64,000 nt of DNA from Octopus sinensis (Eukaryota). Location: positions 153,822,001 to 153,886,000 of the forward strand of contig NC_042997.1 in the NCBI RefSeq assembly GCF_006345805.1, given 5' to 3'. Below, piece by piece: positions 38,070-51,084 of the stretch. The position numbers and the translations under genes are program-made. Positions within the stretch are counted from its first letter, which is position 1, and every line of letters begins with the position of its first letter. The notes under the pieces are model-generated. The model was not told where the DNA came from, did no database searches, and saw nothing but the letters and a program-made list of their open reading frames with translations.

Positions 38070-38473
38070 TACTCTTTTACTCTTTTACTTGTTTCAGTCA
38101 TTTAACTGCGGCCATGCTGGAGCACCGCCTTTAGTCGAGCAAATCGACCCTGGGACTTATTCTTTGTAAGCCCAGTACTTATTCTATTGGTCTCTTTTGC
38201 CGAACCGCTAAGTGACGGGGGCGTAAATGCACCAGCATCGGTTGTCAAGCAATGCTAGGGGGACAAACACTGACACACAAACACACACACATATATATAT
38301 ATTTATACATACATATATACGACAGGCTTCTTTCAGTTTCCGTCTACCAAATCCACTCACAAGGCATTGGTCGGCCCGGGGCCATAGCAGAAGACACTTG
38401 CCCAAGATGCCACGCAGTGGAACTGAACCTGGAACCATGTGGTTGGTTAGCAAGCTACTTACCACACAGCCAC
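38070..38473 (-). mobile_element. SINE family A copy
   Basis: Family sequence; 5' end stops at CAGCCAC. Confidence 0.9.
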
Positions 38474-38731
38474 TAAGCAAACTAAGACAGGAGAGTTTGT
38501 ACATAAATTATGTCATTACGTTATCTGACACGTACTTCATTGATAATGATAAAAATACAGTTTTATAAGGAAAACCTTGTAAAGAGATTACGTTATCAAA
38601 TCTTCAGCGGTTCCGACACGTTTATTACCAACATTTGCAATTTATCTTCTGATATAAAATAGACCTGTGTGTGTGTATTATTTACAAAATTTCAATCGCC
38701 ACAATTTCCTAATTAATACAGAATTCGCATA

Positions 38732-39240
38732 TCTATATATATAAAACTCTAGTTGTGTGAGTGTCTGTCTCCTACGATTTAGATTCCTAACTCCTCCCAC
38801 ATTTTGCGGTGCAGTTTAACCAAATTCGGGTATCTTATAGTCGTGATTAATATCAAGCCCGTCTGGCTATTAGCGCGCGTCTACGATGAGTCTACGATTT
38901 TAAAAATAATTTGACATCATTTTTTATTCCATTTTAATGCATAAAATGCATCGTGCGTCGATGGCAGCGGAGTTGGCGTCCACGCTCAAACACCTGCACC
39001 TGTGTTTGCTTCTCCCCTCCCTCGTGAAGCTGTGGGGAAGGGAGTGTAAAGAAATCAACGTCGTAATGCGTTGTCAAGGAGACTAGCGTTCTTTTAGAAC
39101 AACGACTTCATGGCTTGAAGACACCAAAACAGAAATGGCTAAGAAAGCCCGAATTGGCATCTATAAAGGAAGTAACTCTCAAAAATGCTTATATAGTTAT
39201 TTCCCTTACAAACCCGAGCAACGCCGGGCGATACTGCTAG
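38732..39240 (+). mobile_element. non-autonomous Helitron H1, upstream unit of tandem dimer
   Basis: A|TCTATATATATAAAAC ... CCCGAGCAACGCCGGG hairpin ... CTAG. Confidence 0.92.
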
Positions 39241-39754
39241 TCTCTATATATAAAACTGTAGTTGTGTGAGTGTCTGTCCCGTTCGATTTAGATTCCTAAC
39301 TACTCCCACATTTTGCGGTGCAGTTTAACCAAATTCGGGTATCTTATAGTCGTGATTCATATCGAGCCCGTCTGAGTATTAGCGCGCGTCTACGATGAGT
39401 CTACGATTTTAAAAATAATTTAACATCATTTTTTATTCCATTTTAATGCATAATTTTTCGTGTGTCAATGGCGGCGGAGTTGGCGTCCATGGTCACACCT
39501 GCACCTGTGTTGCTTCTCTCCCTTCTTCCCTCCCTCGTGAAGCTGTGGGGAAGGGAGTGTAAGGAAATCAACATCGTAAAGCGTTGTCAAGGAGACCAGC
39601 GTTCTTTTAGAACAACGACTTCATGGCTTGAAGACACCAAAACAGAAATGGCTAAGAAAGCCCGAATTGGCATCTATAAGGGAAGTAACTCTCTAAAAAT
39701 GCTTATATAGTTATTTCCCTTACAAACCCGAGCAACGCCGGGCGATACTGCTAG
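39241..39754 (+). mobile_element. non-autonomous Helitron H1, downstream unit
   Basis: Starts TC immediately after the previous CTAG; ends with hairpin and CTAG|T. Confidence 0.92.
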
Positions 39755-39845
39755 TGTTTATATATTTACCGCTATGAAACCATAGTTTATAAATTTAATG
39801 GGGATAAATTGTGGGTATGTTGGTGTAATTTAGTCAGTACACTTA

Positions 39846-40254
39846 CTCTTTTTACTCTTTTACTTGTTTCAGTCATTTGACTGCGGCCATGCTGGAGCAC
39901 CGCCTTTAATCGAGCAACTCGACCCCGGTACTTATTCTTTTGTAAGCCCAGTACTTATTCTATCGGTCTCTTTTGCCGAACCGCTAAGTAACGGGTACAT
40001 AAACACACCAGCATCGGTTGTCAAGCAATGCTAGGGGGACAAACACAGACACACAAACACATATATACATATATACATATATACATATATACGACGGGCT
40101 TCTTTCAGTTTCCGTCTACCAAATCCACTCACAAGGCTTCGGTCGGCCCGAGGCTATAGTAGAAGACACTTGCCCAAGGTGCCACGCAGTGGGACTGAAC
40201 CCGGAACCATGTGGTTGGTAAACAAGCTACTTACCACACAGCCACTCCTGCGCC
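39846..40254 (-). mobile_element. SINE family A copy
   Basis: Full family sequence. Confidence 0.92.
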
Positions 40255-40652
40255 TTATCGCGCATACGCGAAAAATTATCTTGTGGGTAGAAATGCTAAT
40301 CAAAAACTAGATGATAATTGTTTAAAATTCTGAATGAGATGGGGATGGAGGAATTTCACGATTGAATAAAGATATTTAGAAAAATAAATAAATAAATAAA
40401 AGATGATCTGATCCTTGTTTCAGAGACAAATAAACAGATATGGAAGTATTTCGGTGTTGGTTTGGTTTCAGTAGCATCGTCTTTCTTCTCTTTTTCTGAA
40501 CAGACAAATAATTTAACACGCGCAAAGTTTTAAACAATTTGTTGATCATGGTAATTTGTAAAATTAAAGCGAAAAAGGAGAAAAGAGACAATAAGTTAAA
40601 TTGGACAATGGCAGGAATTTGGTAAGAAGTCGACTTCGGGTTTTATAGAATA

Positions 40653-41086
40653 CTAGCTATTTTGATCCGTGCTTCGCTCGGGTTTTGGTGGTGGCGTTGT
40701 TTTGTGCAAATCTAAAAATAGGGCAAAAATATATTCTTTTTAAATGTTGAAAAAATTTTACCCCCTTTCCAAAATTCCCCAAATTTTTACACCCACAATT
40801 AAAGATAACCGCCTCTAGCCCCTGCAGCAACACGAAAAGCCACCATTATTCAAACAGCGCAACCTGTCTATCACATAAGATTCAATTTTTCCCATATTCC
40901 TCACCATGGCAACCAAACGGTAGCTCCGAGCGACTTGCAGCCCTCCTCACACCATTGCCCACCCCATTTTACCCCCAGTGTAAATTTTGGCGCCAATCCA
41001 ACCCCATCTACCGTTCCCATTCCAAAATGAGACAAATAACCAAGAAATCAAACAACTTTTTCGCATTTCAGCTTTATAGATATTGA
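40653..41086 (-). mobile_element. non-autonomous Helitron (family H2)
   Basis: Plus strand A|CTAG, then imperfect hairpin CCGTGCTTCGCTCGG; other end GA|T (minus strand A|TC). Confidence 0.7.
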
Positions 41087-41164
41087 TTACACACGAAATA
41101 TTCTTAATTTGTAGAAATTTCCCCCGCAGAGAGTGAAGGAAAACTGAAATGAGAAGGGTGATAA

Positions 41165-41520
41165 TTTCATCTATCCATTTCCTTCACCCACTCTCCATGG
41201 AAGGATCGTGGGAGTAGAAGGCTCAGGTACCTCCTCCATTGGATCCTTATCAGAAGCAACTGTTATTATACTTTCCGGCTGAATTCCCAAGCACGACCAA
41301 CTGAGATACTGGATATCATCCATCTTGTTCTTGGTGTACTCCAAGGTTTCCAGTCGGTTGGTTCGGCTTGAAGAATCATTCTTGCAATTCTTCCATGCGA
41401 CATTGTAATCACATGTCCGTAGTACCGGATCTGTGGCTCTCAATGCGGAGATGTATCGGCTCGATCTGGAGAGGCTCTCTGATCTCCGAGCTACGTACCC
41501 TGTGGAGTAACGCATTTCCA
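41165..41520 (-). pseudogene. RTE-clade LINE C-terminal remnant
   Basis: Across frameshifts: EIREPLQIEPIHLRIESHR / RYYGHVITMSHGRIARMILQAEP...PRTRWM / DDIQYLSWSCLGIQPE (LRWxGHVxRM...RPRxRWxD motif). Confidence 0.75.
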
Positions 41521-41570
41521 CAGATCCTCAATTTTAATAAATTAAAAATAATTTCACAATGATGAGTCTT

Positions 41571-42340
41571 ATAATAATGAAATTATTGTATACAGTGCTC
41601 AGGTGCACCACAACTTGTCAGAAAGTGCATATAAAGTACATGCAGTAATGTAGAAATGTCTGGAAAGTGAACATGCTTGTGTGTGTATGGAGGGGAGAAA
41701 ATCAAGTGTAGTGTTGGCGAATCTCAGGAAGCATGGAAGTCTTGAAGGATGCAGTGCTCCGACAACTAACAACCGATGCCGGCAGTTTGTTCCACGCTTC
41801 AGCAACTCTCAGCGTGAAAAAATGTTTCCTGAAGTCATGGGAGCTGTGCTGTTTTCTTACTTTGTAAATATGTCCACAGGTGTTAGATGGGTGGAGTTTG
41901 AAGAGGTGCTCAGTGTTATTGTTTGTGCGATGGTTGATAATTTTATGGGTGTCTGCCATGTCAGCTGCCAGACGTCGGAGTTTCAATGTGTCCATGCCCA
42001 GGGAAGTAAGGCGTTCAGGATATGGCAAATGCCTGATGGAGGGTATTCTTTTGGTTGTACGTCGCTGAACAGCTTCCAGACGATTGATGTCCTGGGCAAG
42101 ATAGGGGTTCCAGACCGGTGATGCAAATTCCAGGTGAGGTCTTACCATAGCTATATAAAGCCGCAGATAGATAGCCGGAGAGCGGCTCACAAAGGATTTG
42201 GTGAGTGATGCCAAGACACCCTCAGCCTTCTTGACAATTTTGGCGATGTGTTTTGTCCAACGCAAATCACTGTCGACAATAACACCCAGGTCACGTTCAC
42301 TTGAAGACTTTTTGAGACTAGTGTTGTGGAGGGAGTTTAC
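41571..42340 (-). mobile_element. CR1-clade LINE, 5'-truncated, with open ORF2 C-terminus
   Basis: ERDLGVIVDSDL...YIAMVRPHLEFASPVWNPY...LEAVQRR...YPERL..LG...L..RR...RKHFFTLRVAEAWNKLP; short 3' UTR and ATT tail. Open reading over about 210 aa suggests a young insertion. Confidence 0.93.
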
Positions 42341-42525
42341 TATGATCAACACACTCAAGACTTGGTCAGAGCCAGGTTAAGCTAGGTGGGGCTTCCGATT
42401 TATTCTTTTAATGTTCGTAAATTAAAACCTAACTACTTTATCGAATTCTAATTTCACTTTTGACCTCAACTGCATATTTGAAAGACGAATGTTTATGTGT
42501 GTGCGTCCGTCCACCCACCGTTCCG

Positions 42526-42596
<71 letters not shown>

Positions 42597-45500
42597 CGAC
42601 TGATGTAATGTTGCATCGGCTCAGCAGGTAATCGTTTTTTCGACCTTTTATTGCACACATTTTGTTCCAATTTTTGCACACAATGTGTGTAAAGCACCCA
42701 GCTTTCGTTTGAGTGTGTTTTCAAGGGAGGAATTGATCCCTAGGGCCAGTTTCAAACCTATCTACATTTATGTTTTCTTCGGTTTCCTTGCTATATTTCT
42801 AAACAAATATGGCTAAGCAAAATCATGAGGCCGACTTTCCCCCTCTACTAATGCCAGAGGCGAAGGAAACCGAAAGCAAAGCTGAAAGCAAGGCCTTAGA
42901 AGACATGAATGTTTCTGCTACTATAGCCACTACTTCCACTACTGATACCATCACCACCACCACCACCACAACCAACACGAATACCGATAACAATTTTACC
43001 GCGGCTTTGAAGCCAAAGAAAAGACTAATGCATTGTTCGAAGGAAGAACTACTTGCCTGCAGAGAAATGGTTACAAAAAAATTATGTCACCATTCAATTA
43101 CAGATATCTGAAAACATCACAAAAAATATCTAAAAACAAACAAACAAACAAACAATCATTTACAAAACACTCAACGCAAAACCTAAAGTACATGAAACAG
43201 CCACTCAAGAAATGTGGGAAAATATTCAAGGCCCACATAGGCCTTTAAAGACTACATAACGAGGGGAAACAGGTTTGCGACGATCGAAGTAAGTTTCGAC
43301 AGCGAAGAGTGAGCCAAGGACCTCTCCACAAGGTCCTTTCAACATGAAAATCTCCCCATGATCCCTACATACCTTGGTCGTAGGGTCACAAAAACAAAAA
43401 TAAAAATGTGCCCCTTGAAATTGAAATAAAATGGCTCGTGTCTGCCATATGCTATGACATCGAGGACGAAATCAACATATTGGAAATCACTATCCTGGAC
43501 CAGCAAAACTAGATTGGCCAGGGAGTCGAAATACTTGCCCAAATCGATCCAGCGAATTTTGAAAAAATTCCCCACCGAATCCAATTGACAGAGGATTCGA
43601 GCTTGCATGTAACCGTCGAAGGCAGAAAGCCAAGTTGCTATGCTTGTGGTAGCAAAACACATTTAAAAACTAACTGCCCACTAGCACAGAAACAACAGTA
43701 GCAACAACAACAACCACAAGAAAACCAAAAACCGAACAAAAAACCAGCACTACTACCCGCACCGCCATATGCACAACTAATGAAGCAGCTCTACAAACAA
43801 ATGAAGGAACATCAGCAACCAGCAAGCCAGCCAAACCAAACAACACCACCACCAGCGCCACCAAGAACAGAACCAACACCATCATCGCTACCACCAACAA
43901 CAACTCATCAGGAAGAAGAGGAAATCAAAAAGACTTATACCCCACTCCCGAAAACCTAAACATTATATCCCAACTGTCACCAAACAGCACCAACACCACC
44001 AACATCAAAATAAAAACACTCAGAAATAGACCCCAATACCCTTCCCCTTACACCCTCTGATTCCTCTGACATGTCGTCAGAAGAAAACGACACAAAGGAT
44101 TGGCAAGTGGCCACCGTGAGAAGGAGAAAAAGGGGAAAAAGAATAGAGAATCAGACAAACAAAGCGGGGAGGTGTACCACTCCCGCAACCAAAATACCTG
44201 CAGAAAACAAACATACCTGCATCAACACAAACACACTACTCCACCCCACAAAACAATGTTGACAGCTATAAACACCAACAATCCAGACCTAATGGAATAC
44301 ATTAAGTCAAACATCAACATAACAGAAAATAATACCAAAACAAAGAATCACTTACGCACAATACCACCACACCACATTAAAATCATACACATAACACAGA
44401 ACATACGCAGCACACTGAAATCTCTCTAACCGGATGCAGTAGGGAGATTCCAAAAATACCTCTCTAAAATACTATACAAAAACCTTCTGGAAGAAGACTG
44501 CGGACAAACAACTTTCGGACAGTAAGTAACTCTCTCTCTTTCTCTCTCGTCTCCCTTTCGTGTGTAAAACACAACCTTCGATAGGAACATGCTCAAAATA
44601 GGGGGTATAGATGTATGTGGCTTGGGGTCGCCTTAGAAACAAGGCTACTTGTTAAACGACATCAAGTCACAAACTCTGCATATCATAGCCATCAGCGAGA
44701 CCAGACTACACAGCCCGCGAGCCCCCCAGCACATGTTCGGCGGACATTTCGACATTTATTTTTCTCCGTGACTGCCGAAAATGGGCGGAGGAGGTACCGC
44801 GGTGCTTCTTTGGAAGAGTCTGAACCTCAAAGTAAGAGCAATTTTCCTAGACCTGGAGGGTAGGCTGGTCGTCTTGGATGTCGATGGCAGCAATGGGTGT
44901 GCTTTTCGACTGATAACAGTTTATGCACCGTCCTGAACAGGCCGGCCATATTTCTTTCGACGTTCAGAGGTTTTCCTGGGAACGTCTTGACTTTTACTTT
45001 TAGTGGGGGATTAGAACGCTACCCTGGAGGCGCATCTAGACTACGTGGGAAGAGATAGTAATAGGAGGGGATGCAAATGCTTCAAAGACCTGCTCAGACG
45101 TTTCCAACTGTCTCACAGGTACCGACTGGACCACCCGAATATGCCAATGTGGACATGGAGCAACCGCATCGGGTCGTCCAGATCGTATTTAGATAGAGTA
45201 TTCTGTAAGACAATGGATAAGGATAGTGTAGGTTGTCCACAATTCCGCATAGTCAGCTACACTGACCACAAATTTGTGACTTGTACACTTGATTTACATG
45301 AGACACAGGCAGGGTCCCAGTTACTGGAAGCTGAACGCGTCGTTCACGACACGCCAGGCTTACAGGGACCGGATCAGCACATTAGTTAAGAGAGCATTGA
45401 CGGGTGCCCTCATCAACAACAGCTGGTGGTATGCCCTAAAGAAAGCAATTAAAGCAGAATCGGTTAGGTACAGTAAGGCTCTAGCAATAGACCGAAATAG

Positions 45501-45689
45501 AATAGAGGGAGACCTAGTTAAGAAATTAGAAGAGGCACTTAGAACTGGCATCGCGTCCAACGTACTGGCGGTGAGGTTGGCCCTCGACCAACACCTCAAC
45601 GCCATATACGAAGGATGCGTTGTCAGAGCTAGGATGCATGCTCTGAGGAACGAAGGAGTTGGAGCCGCTCTATGTGGCCAATAAAAAAA
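42597..45689 (+). mobile_element. L1/Tx1-clade LINE lacking RT (5' UTR, ORF1, APE endonuclease)
   Basis: ORF1 from 42809 with CCHC knuckle CYACGSKTHLKTNC (43636-43677). ORF2 from 44589: AISETR, GGGGTAVLL, EGRLVVLDV, VYAP, LVGD*NA, WTWSN, SYLDRV, TDHK, GPSYWKLNAS. Ends AATAAAAAAA. Stops and frameshifts present. Confidence 0.92.
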
Positions 45690-45800
45690 CATATCTATCT
45701 ATTCGTCCGTCCGTCCCTCTCTACCTCCGTCCCTCCGTCTTTCCATCCATCCATCCATCCGTCCGTCCGTCCATCCATCCGTCCGTCCGTTCGTCCGTCC

Positions 45801-45861
<61 letters not shown>

Positions 45862-45862
45862 T
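45690..45862. repeat. compound (TCCG/TCCA/TCTG/TCTA)n microsatellite
   Basis: Directly visible; a similar compound tract lies at 42505-42596. Confidence 0.95.
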
Positions 45863-46329
45863 CTTGCTCATTTTATTTCAGACAAATGTCGGGCACAATA
45901 CCGAGATGGATTTTCCAAATTGTCATCCTTTAAGTAGCCAATACATTTGCTGCTACTTAACTTCTGTCGAGTGGCACCAGCGTGTTTAACTATAATTTGA
46001 CTACAATAACATGAAATCCGTTTACACTTACACTTAGGAGAACATATACAATTTAAATAGATGTTGATAATGCAATCGCACGCGTGTAGCTGTCGTCACC
46101 GAGAGCTTTCACTGTAATAAATGTTTGTGCTGTACTGTCTAAAAATGAGATAATGTAGCCATATGTACATCACTGATGTGGATAAAAAATATGAAAGAGA
46201 TTGTCACAAATTCAAAGTCCTTGATCATAGTTTTACGTGATCAGGTCTAGCATAGAGCCAAACAACAGTGACAACTCGAATATTTGTTTTTACTCTAGAT
46301 TGTACTTATACGTGTTCATAAAATATTTT

Positions 46330-48500
46330 CTGCTTCTCCACATATTTCCATTGTTTTTAATTATCCGGGAGTGTGGTATTATATCGTATGCTTTACGATA
46401 GTCAACCCATTCTATTCTCAAGTTTGCGTGTCTTTTGCAGTTCTAGTCAATTTGATTATCAATTAAGAGCTGATCCTTCGTTCCCCGGCTCCTCTTTCGG
46501 CACCCTTTCTGTTCAATATGTAGCAGCCCACTGTTTTCCAGGTATCTATACAGTTCACGGGCCAATGCACCTGACATCAGTTTCCACATTAGTGAAATGT
46601 GCGTTATTGGTCTAAAGTTGGATGCAACATTTCCCTTTTCAGGATCCTTGGCACACAACAATGTCTTTCCCTTTGTCATCCAGCTGAATACTGCGCCTTT
46701 CTGCAAGCACTCATCTATCAGTTCCGCTATCCTTTCATGGATCCCTCTCAGCTTCTTCATCCAATAACCTTGGACCCCATTCGGTCCTGGGCTTTTCCAA
46801 TTTAGAAATTTTTTAGCTTCTTTTTTTTTTTATATCATTTCTGCAGTTATTTTTATACCTTCTTGGCCTTCTATATTTCTTAACCTATCTTGGATTTACG
46901 CACACACTCCGCTTTACCATTATGCTCTACAGGTTGATACCAGATCCCTTTCCACAATGCCCTGCTTTCCTCTGAATCTGGTATCATTGTTACGTGTATT
47001 TGCCCATCTAGTTCCTGAAACTGTTTCTTCTGATTTGCTTCAATCTGTTTCGCCTCGAGCTGTTTTTTTCTATTGTCATATCTTTCCAGTTTTACTTTGA
47101 TTGTTATTACTCTTTGTTTCAATTCTTCAAATATCACATCATAACATTTATCTCTTATTCTAAACTTGTCCTAAATGTCTTTTTAACTTTTTTTTCTCAC
47201 AAATCCTTCTCCGCCAGAATGTTTCTTTACGTTCTGTATGTTTAGTTTCAGATATATTTCTCGTCTGGAATAGCCCAAGAAACGAATCTATCTTTTTGGT
47301 TTCAACTTGAGTATGCGTCGATCAGTGCACCTCAGGTTGTAGGGGTGCTTGATTCTGGTCCTCTCTAATATATTCGCACAGCGTTCTCACTATGCCTTGT
47401 TGGTCATCATCGTATTCTTGTAATATAGTTCTTCCTATTACTTCTGCTTCATTTGCTGAGAATGCATTTACATTTACGCTTTGCTCTACGTCTTCACTAC
47501 TGCCTTTCATTTTTCTTTTCTCACTGGGTATGTTATCTGCTGGTGAAGTATCTCTATCTTCTACTTTCCTTTTTATCTCTTCTATATCTATATCTATAAG
47601 CCACTCTTTTTCTCTTACTGCTCTTGGCTGGTTGGCTAGCTGTTGCTCACTTGTTTCAAAGAGTCCTATTTCATTCCATTTTGGTTTCATTCATTGTCGG
47701 AATCTCCTTCTGCTGGATTCACTCCTGATCCAGCATTCAATTACCGTTCAGTTTGCCTTCTTATCCTACCTTCTTCTCTGCCTCAGGCTTTGTGCACAAG
47801 CAGTCTCTGGATGATAACCGGGCCTGCGCTACTCAACCACAGGGCACTTGCCGGGCGAAAGGCTTTCACCTGTAGTTCCAGCCTCATTAACACTATTGTT
47901 TGATACATTTGTGTTAGATATTTTCACTCATATTGAGGTATGTGTTTTAAGGTTAGCCACCAACTGGTATTTTCATCGAGACACCATCTCTAGTAAGATT
48001 GATAACCAAGACTGAAGAGCTCTGACTACCCATAAGTTAGGCCTGTTCCCTTCGCATTTCTGTGTGTTGGGGACCATGATCGTGATACCCACTATGAGAC
48101 AGGTGAGCGTCAGTTGGTCCCGCATCGTCATCCAAATATTAATCCGGAGTTAAGTCCCGACTCGCAGTTCATTCGTCTTCATCCTAGGCATGGAGCCGTT
48201 GGACACTGACAGGTTGTTACTGCTGTGACTGAGGAGTCCTATCTACCTCAATTTTAAATCAGAGTGTTGCTTCTCCTGGACAGACTTTCAACCAAGGCTC
48301 ACGAGTTCTTTCTACCTGTTTTCGGATGCGCATTGACTCTACTGAGTTCCTCTGCTCTTTGCCGGGTTTTATTTTCAATTCTGCAGGGTGTCGAAAATTC
48401 ACCCTCCTCACCAAGCAAGCTTAGTGGGGTTGCCGGTTTAATCGCCGACGACTCGACGGTTTCACAACGCCACTTGTTAATTAATCTGGGTAATAATCAA
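46330..48500 (-). pseudogene. R4/Dong LINE C (5' region to RT domain 3; 3' part missing)
   Basis: MKPKWNEIGLFETSEQQLANQ; EELKQRV; WKSPGPNGVQGYW; NFRPITHISLMWKL; EQKGCRKRSRGTKDQLLID. Confidence 0.9.
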
Positions 48501-48598
48501 TCTGAGTAATTATTTACTTGTTCACTATTATAATTTTACTATTACTACTATAATCTCTATAATAATCTCTATTGTTCACCTATGTAGTTTCACAATTA

Positions 48599-48661
<63 letters not shown>

Positions 48662-48671
48662 TATTATTATT

Positions 48672-48905
48672 GAGTGAGAGAGCAGCGCATGCCATCAAAG
48701 TGACACTGGGGTAAAATATACGAAACCCAGTATACTCATCATGACTACTCGTCTGGTAAGGGTACACCAGGCACATGTATCACAACCGTATGTGCGCGAT
48801 GTGGTGAGCTTATATCAAAATAAATAGCGCATTAATTTGCAGGTGGGGCTCATAATTTTCTCCAGGTCGAGTAGCAAAAGGTCCCTGATTAAGTGTTGCT
48901 CAAGG
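48672..48905 (-). mobile_element. family C (AAT)n-tailed retroposon
   Basis: Homologous to 13389-13580; (ATT)n array at 48596-48671. Confidence 0.75.
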
Positions 48906-49577
48906 ATGCTGCTTATTTTACAACCTCAAAAAGAATTAAATGCGAAGTCGATCTCGGTTGCATTTAAACTGAGAACATAAAATTGAAAGAAATACCGCAA
49001 AGCATTTTGTCCTGCGCGGTAAATATTCTGCCAGATCACCGCCTTATCTGCACAGAAATATTGGTTTTAAAGTTTGGCACTGGATCAGTAATTTCAGAGA
49101 AGGGGGCAAGTCGATTACAACGACCCAAGTGTTTGACTTGTACTTACTTTATCGACCTCAAAAGGATGAAAGGCAAAGTCAATGTCGACGGAATTTGAAC
49201 TCAGAATGTAAAATATCTGCTCAGAAATATTAAAGACAAATCTTATCTCGGCGAGATTTGAACTTAGAACATACTTAACTGAGTACTAGAAAGCATTTTC
49301 TTCGACGTTCTTCCAATTCTTTTTTTATATTATACGCTAATATAAATATTTTCCCATATGTTTCCTTTTGATCTGGTAAACAGTCACACATCTCAGCTAA
49401 TAAATGTATTGATTTTATGTTGAGTCATATCCCTCACCCGGCATGTGATTAACAAGTTCGCTTCCACGTGCTTCTCGGTTCTCAGAGAATTGCACGTGAA
49501 GCAAGTATTTTGTTTGAGGTTGATCAATATTTCTGAGTGAAATTTAGTAGGGAAAAAATGACTATGAAAAGTCTGGA

Positions 49578-49780
49578 GTATGTATGTATGTATGTATGTA
49601 TGTATGTATGTATGTATGTATGTATGTATGTATGTATGTATGTATGTATGTATGTATGTGTGTATGTGTGTATGCATGCATGCATGCATGTATGTATGTA
49701 TGTATGTATGTATGTATGTATGTGTGTGTGTGTATGCATGCATGTATGTATGTATGTATGTATGTATGTATGTATGTATA
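49578..49780. repeat. (TATG)n microsatellite
   Basis: Directly visible. Confidence 0.95.
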
Positions 49781-50398
49781 CACACACATACATAAGCATT
49801 TACACACATACACACACACATGCGCATGCACCAATGGAGTCTGTTGAGCAAAATCTTACCCAAAAGAGCGAGCTTCCTCTGGTTTGTCTCTTTTCTTGAA
49901 GACGGTTATGATGGTTGCCTCTCAAAGACTAACAGTTACCTCTTCTCTAACCCAGTTTTATGGAAACAGGACACAAAACTTTGTTGCGTGAAATTTTTCA
50001 TTTAGAATTCCAACGCATCTGGGTGTCTTGTTCTTTAAGAAATGAATAGGTTTTTAGTTTCTGCTTTGCTAGATAATGCAGTTAAGCTGTTGATCGTTGG
50101 GCTTCGTGTGGTGTTATCTAAAGAATTTCATTAACTGAGCATTCACGAAAATGTTCTTTCTATCTGTTGTTGACAGCTACTTGTTCTTATAAATTATACC
50201 GTTGTTAAGCTTGAGGTGGGTTGGGCCTTCTACAGGCATTTTAAATACGCTTTATTGTCACCAGTGTGAAAGCGTTTTGGGCATTCGGCTCACGATTGTA
50301 AGATCTTCAGTTTGATTCCCGATGGTGCCTTGTGTCCTGGGGCAAAATACTTTGTTTCACGTTGCTTCAGTCCACTCAGCTGGCAAATATGAGTAATA

Positions 50399-50589
50399 GG
50401 CATAGGAGTGGCTGTGTGGTAAGTAGCTTGCTTACGAACCACATGGTTCCGAGTTCAGTCCCACCGCGTGGCACCTTGGGCAAGTGTCTCCTACTATAGC
50501 CTCGGGCCGACCAAAGCCTTGTGAGTGGATTTGGTAGACGGAAACTGAAAGAAGCCCGTCGTATATATTTATATGTATATATATATATA

Positions 50590-50670
<81 letters not shown>

Positions 50671-50888
50671 TGTGTCTGTGTTTGTCCCCCCAACATCACT
50701 TAACAACCGATGCTGGTGTGTCTACCTCCCCGTAACTTAGCGGTTCGGCAAAAGAGACTGATAGAATAAGTACTAGGCTTACAAAGAATAAGTCCTGGAG
50801 TCGATTTGCTCGACTAAAGACGGTGCTCCAGCATGGCCACAGTCACACGACTGAAACAAGTGAAAGAGTAAAAGAGAGAGTAAAGAGT
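50399..50888 (+). mobile_element. SINE family A copy, nested between fragments of other SINEs
   Basis: Family sequence; preceded by another tRNA-SINE head (about 50275-50395) and followed by a family D tail (about 50890-51070). Confidence 0.9.
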
Positions 50889-51084
50889 ACCTATATTTCA
50901 GTGTGCCAGCCTTTCCACATTCTGTGTCACGCTGAATCTCCCTGAGAATTACGTTTAGAGTATGCGTGTCTGCAGAGTACTCAGCCCCTTGCACGTTGGC
51001 TTCACGAGCAGGCTGTTCCGTTGACCGGATCAACTGGAACACTCGTCGTCGTAATCGAAGGAGTGTCAGTGCCACGGTACCAGC

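Noticed and set aside
41171-41521. 116-aa GC-richer ORF with a good-looking splice acceptor, as a host exon
   Set aside because: Alternative frames give the RTE C-terminal motifs RYYGHVxxM and PRTRWMDD, so it is a LINE remnant.
48330-48500. HDV-like ribozyme at the 5' end of Dong C
   Set aside because: Hairpins are present (AGGGTG/CACCCT preceded by GG), but P2, P3 and L3 could not be assembled in the required order.
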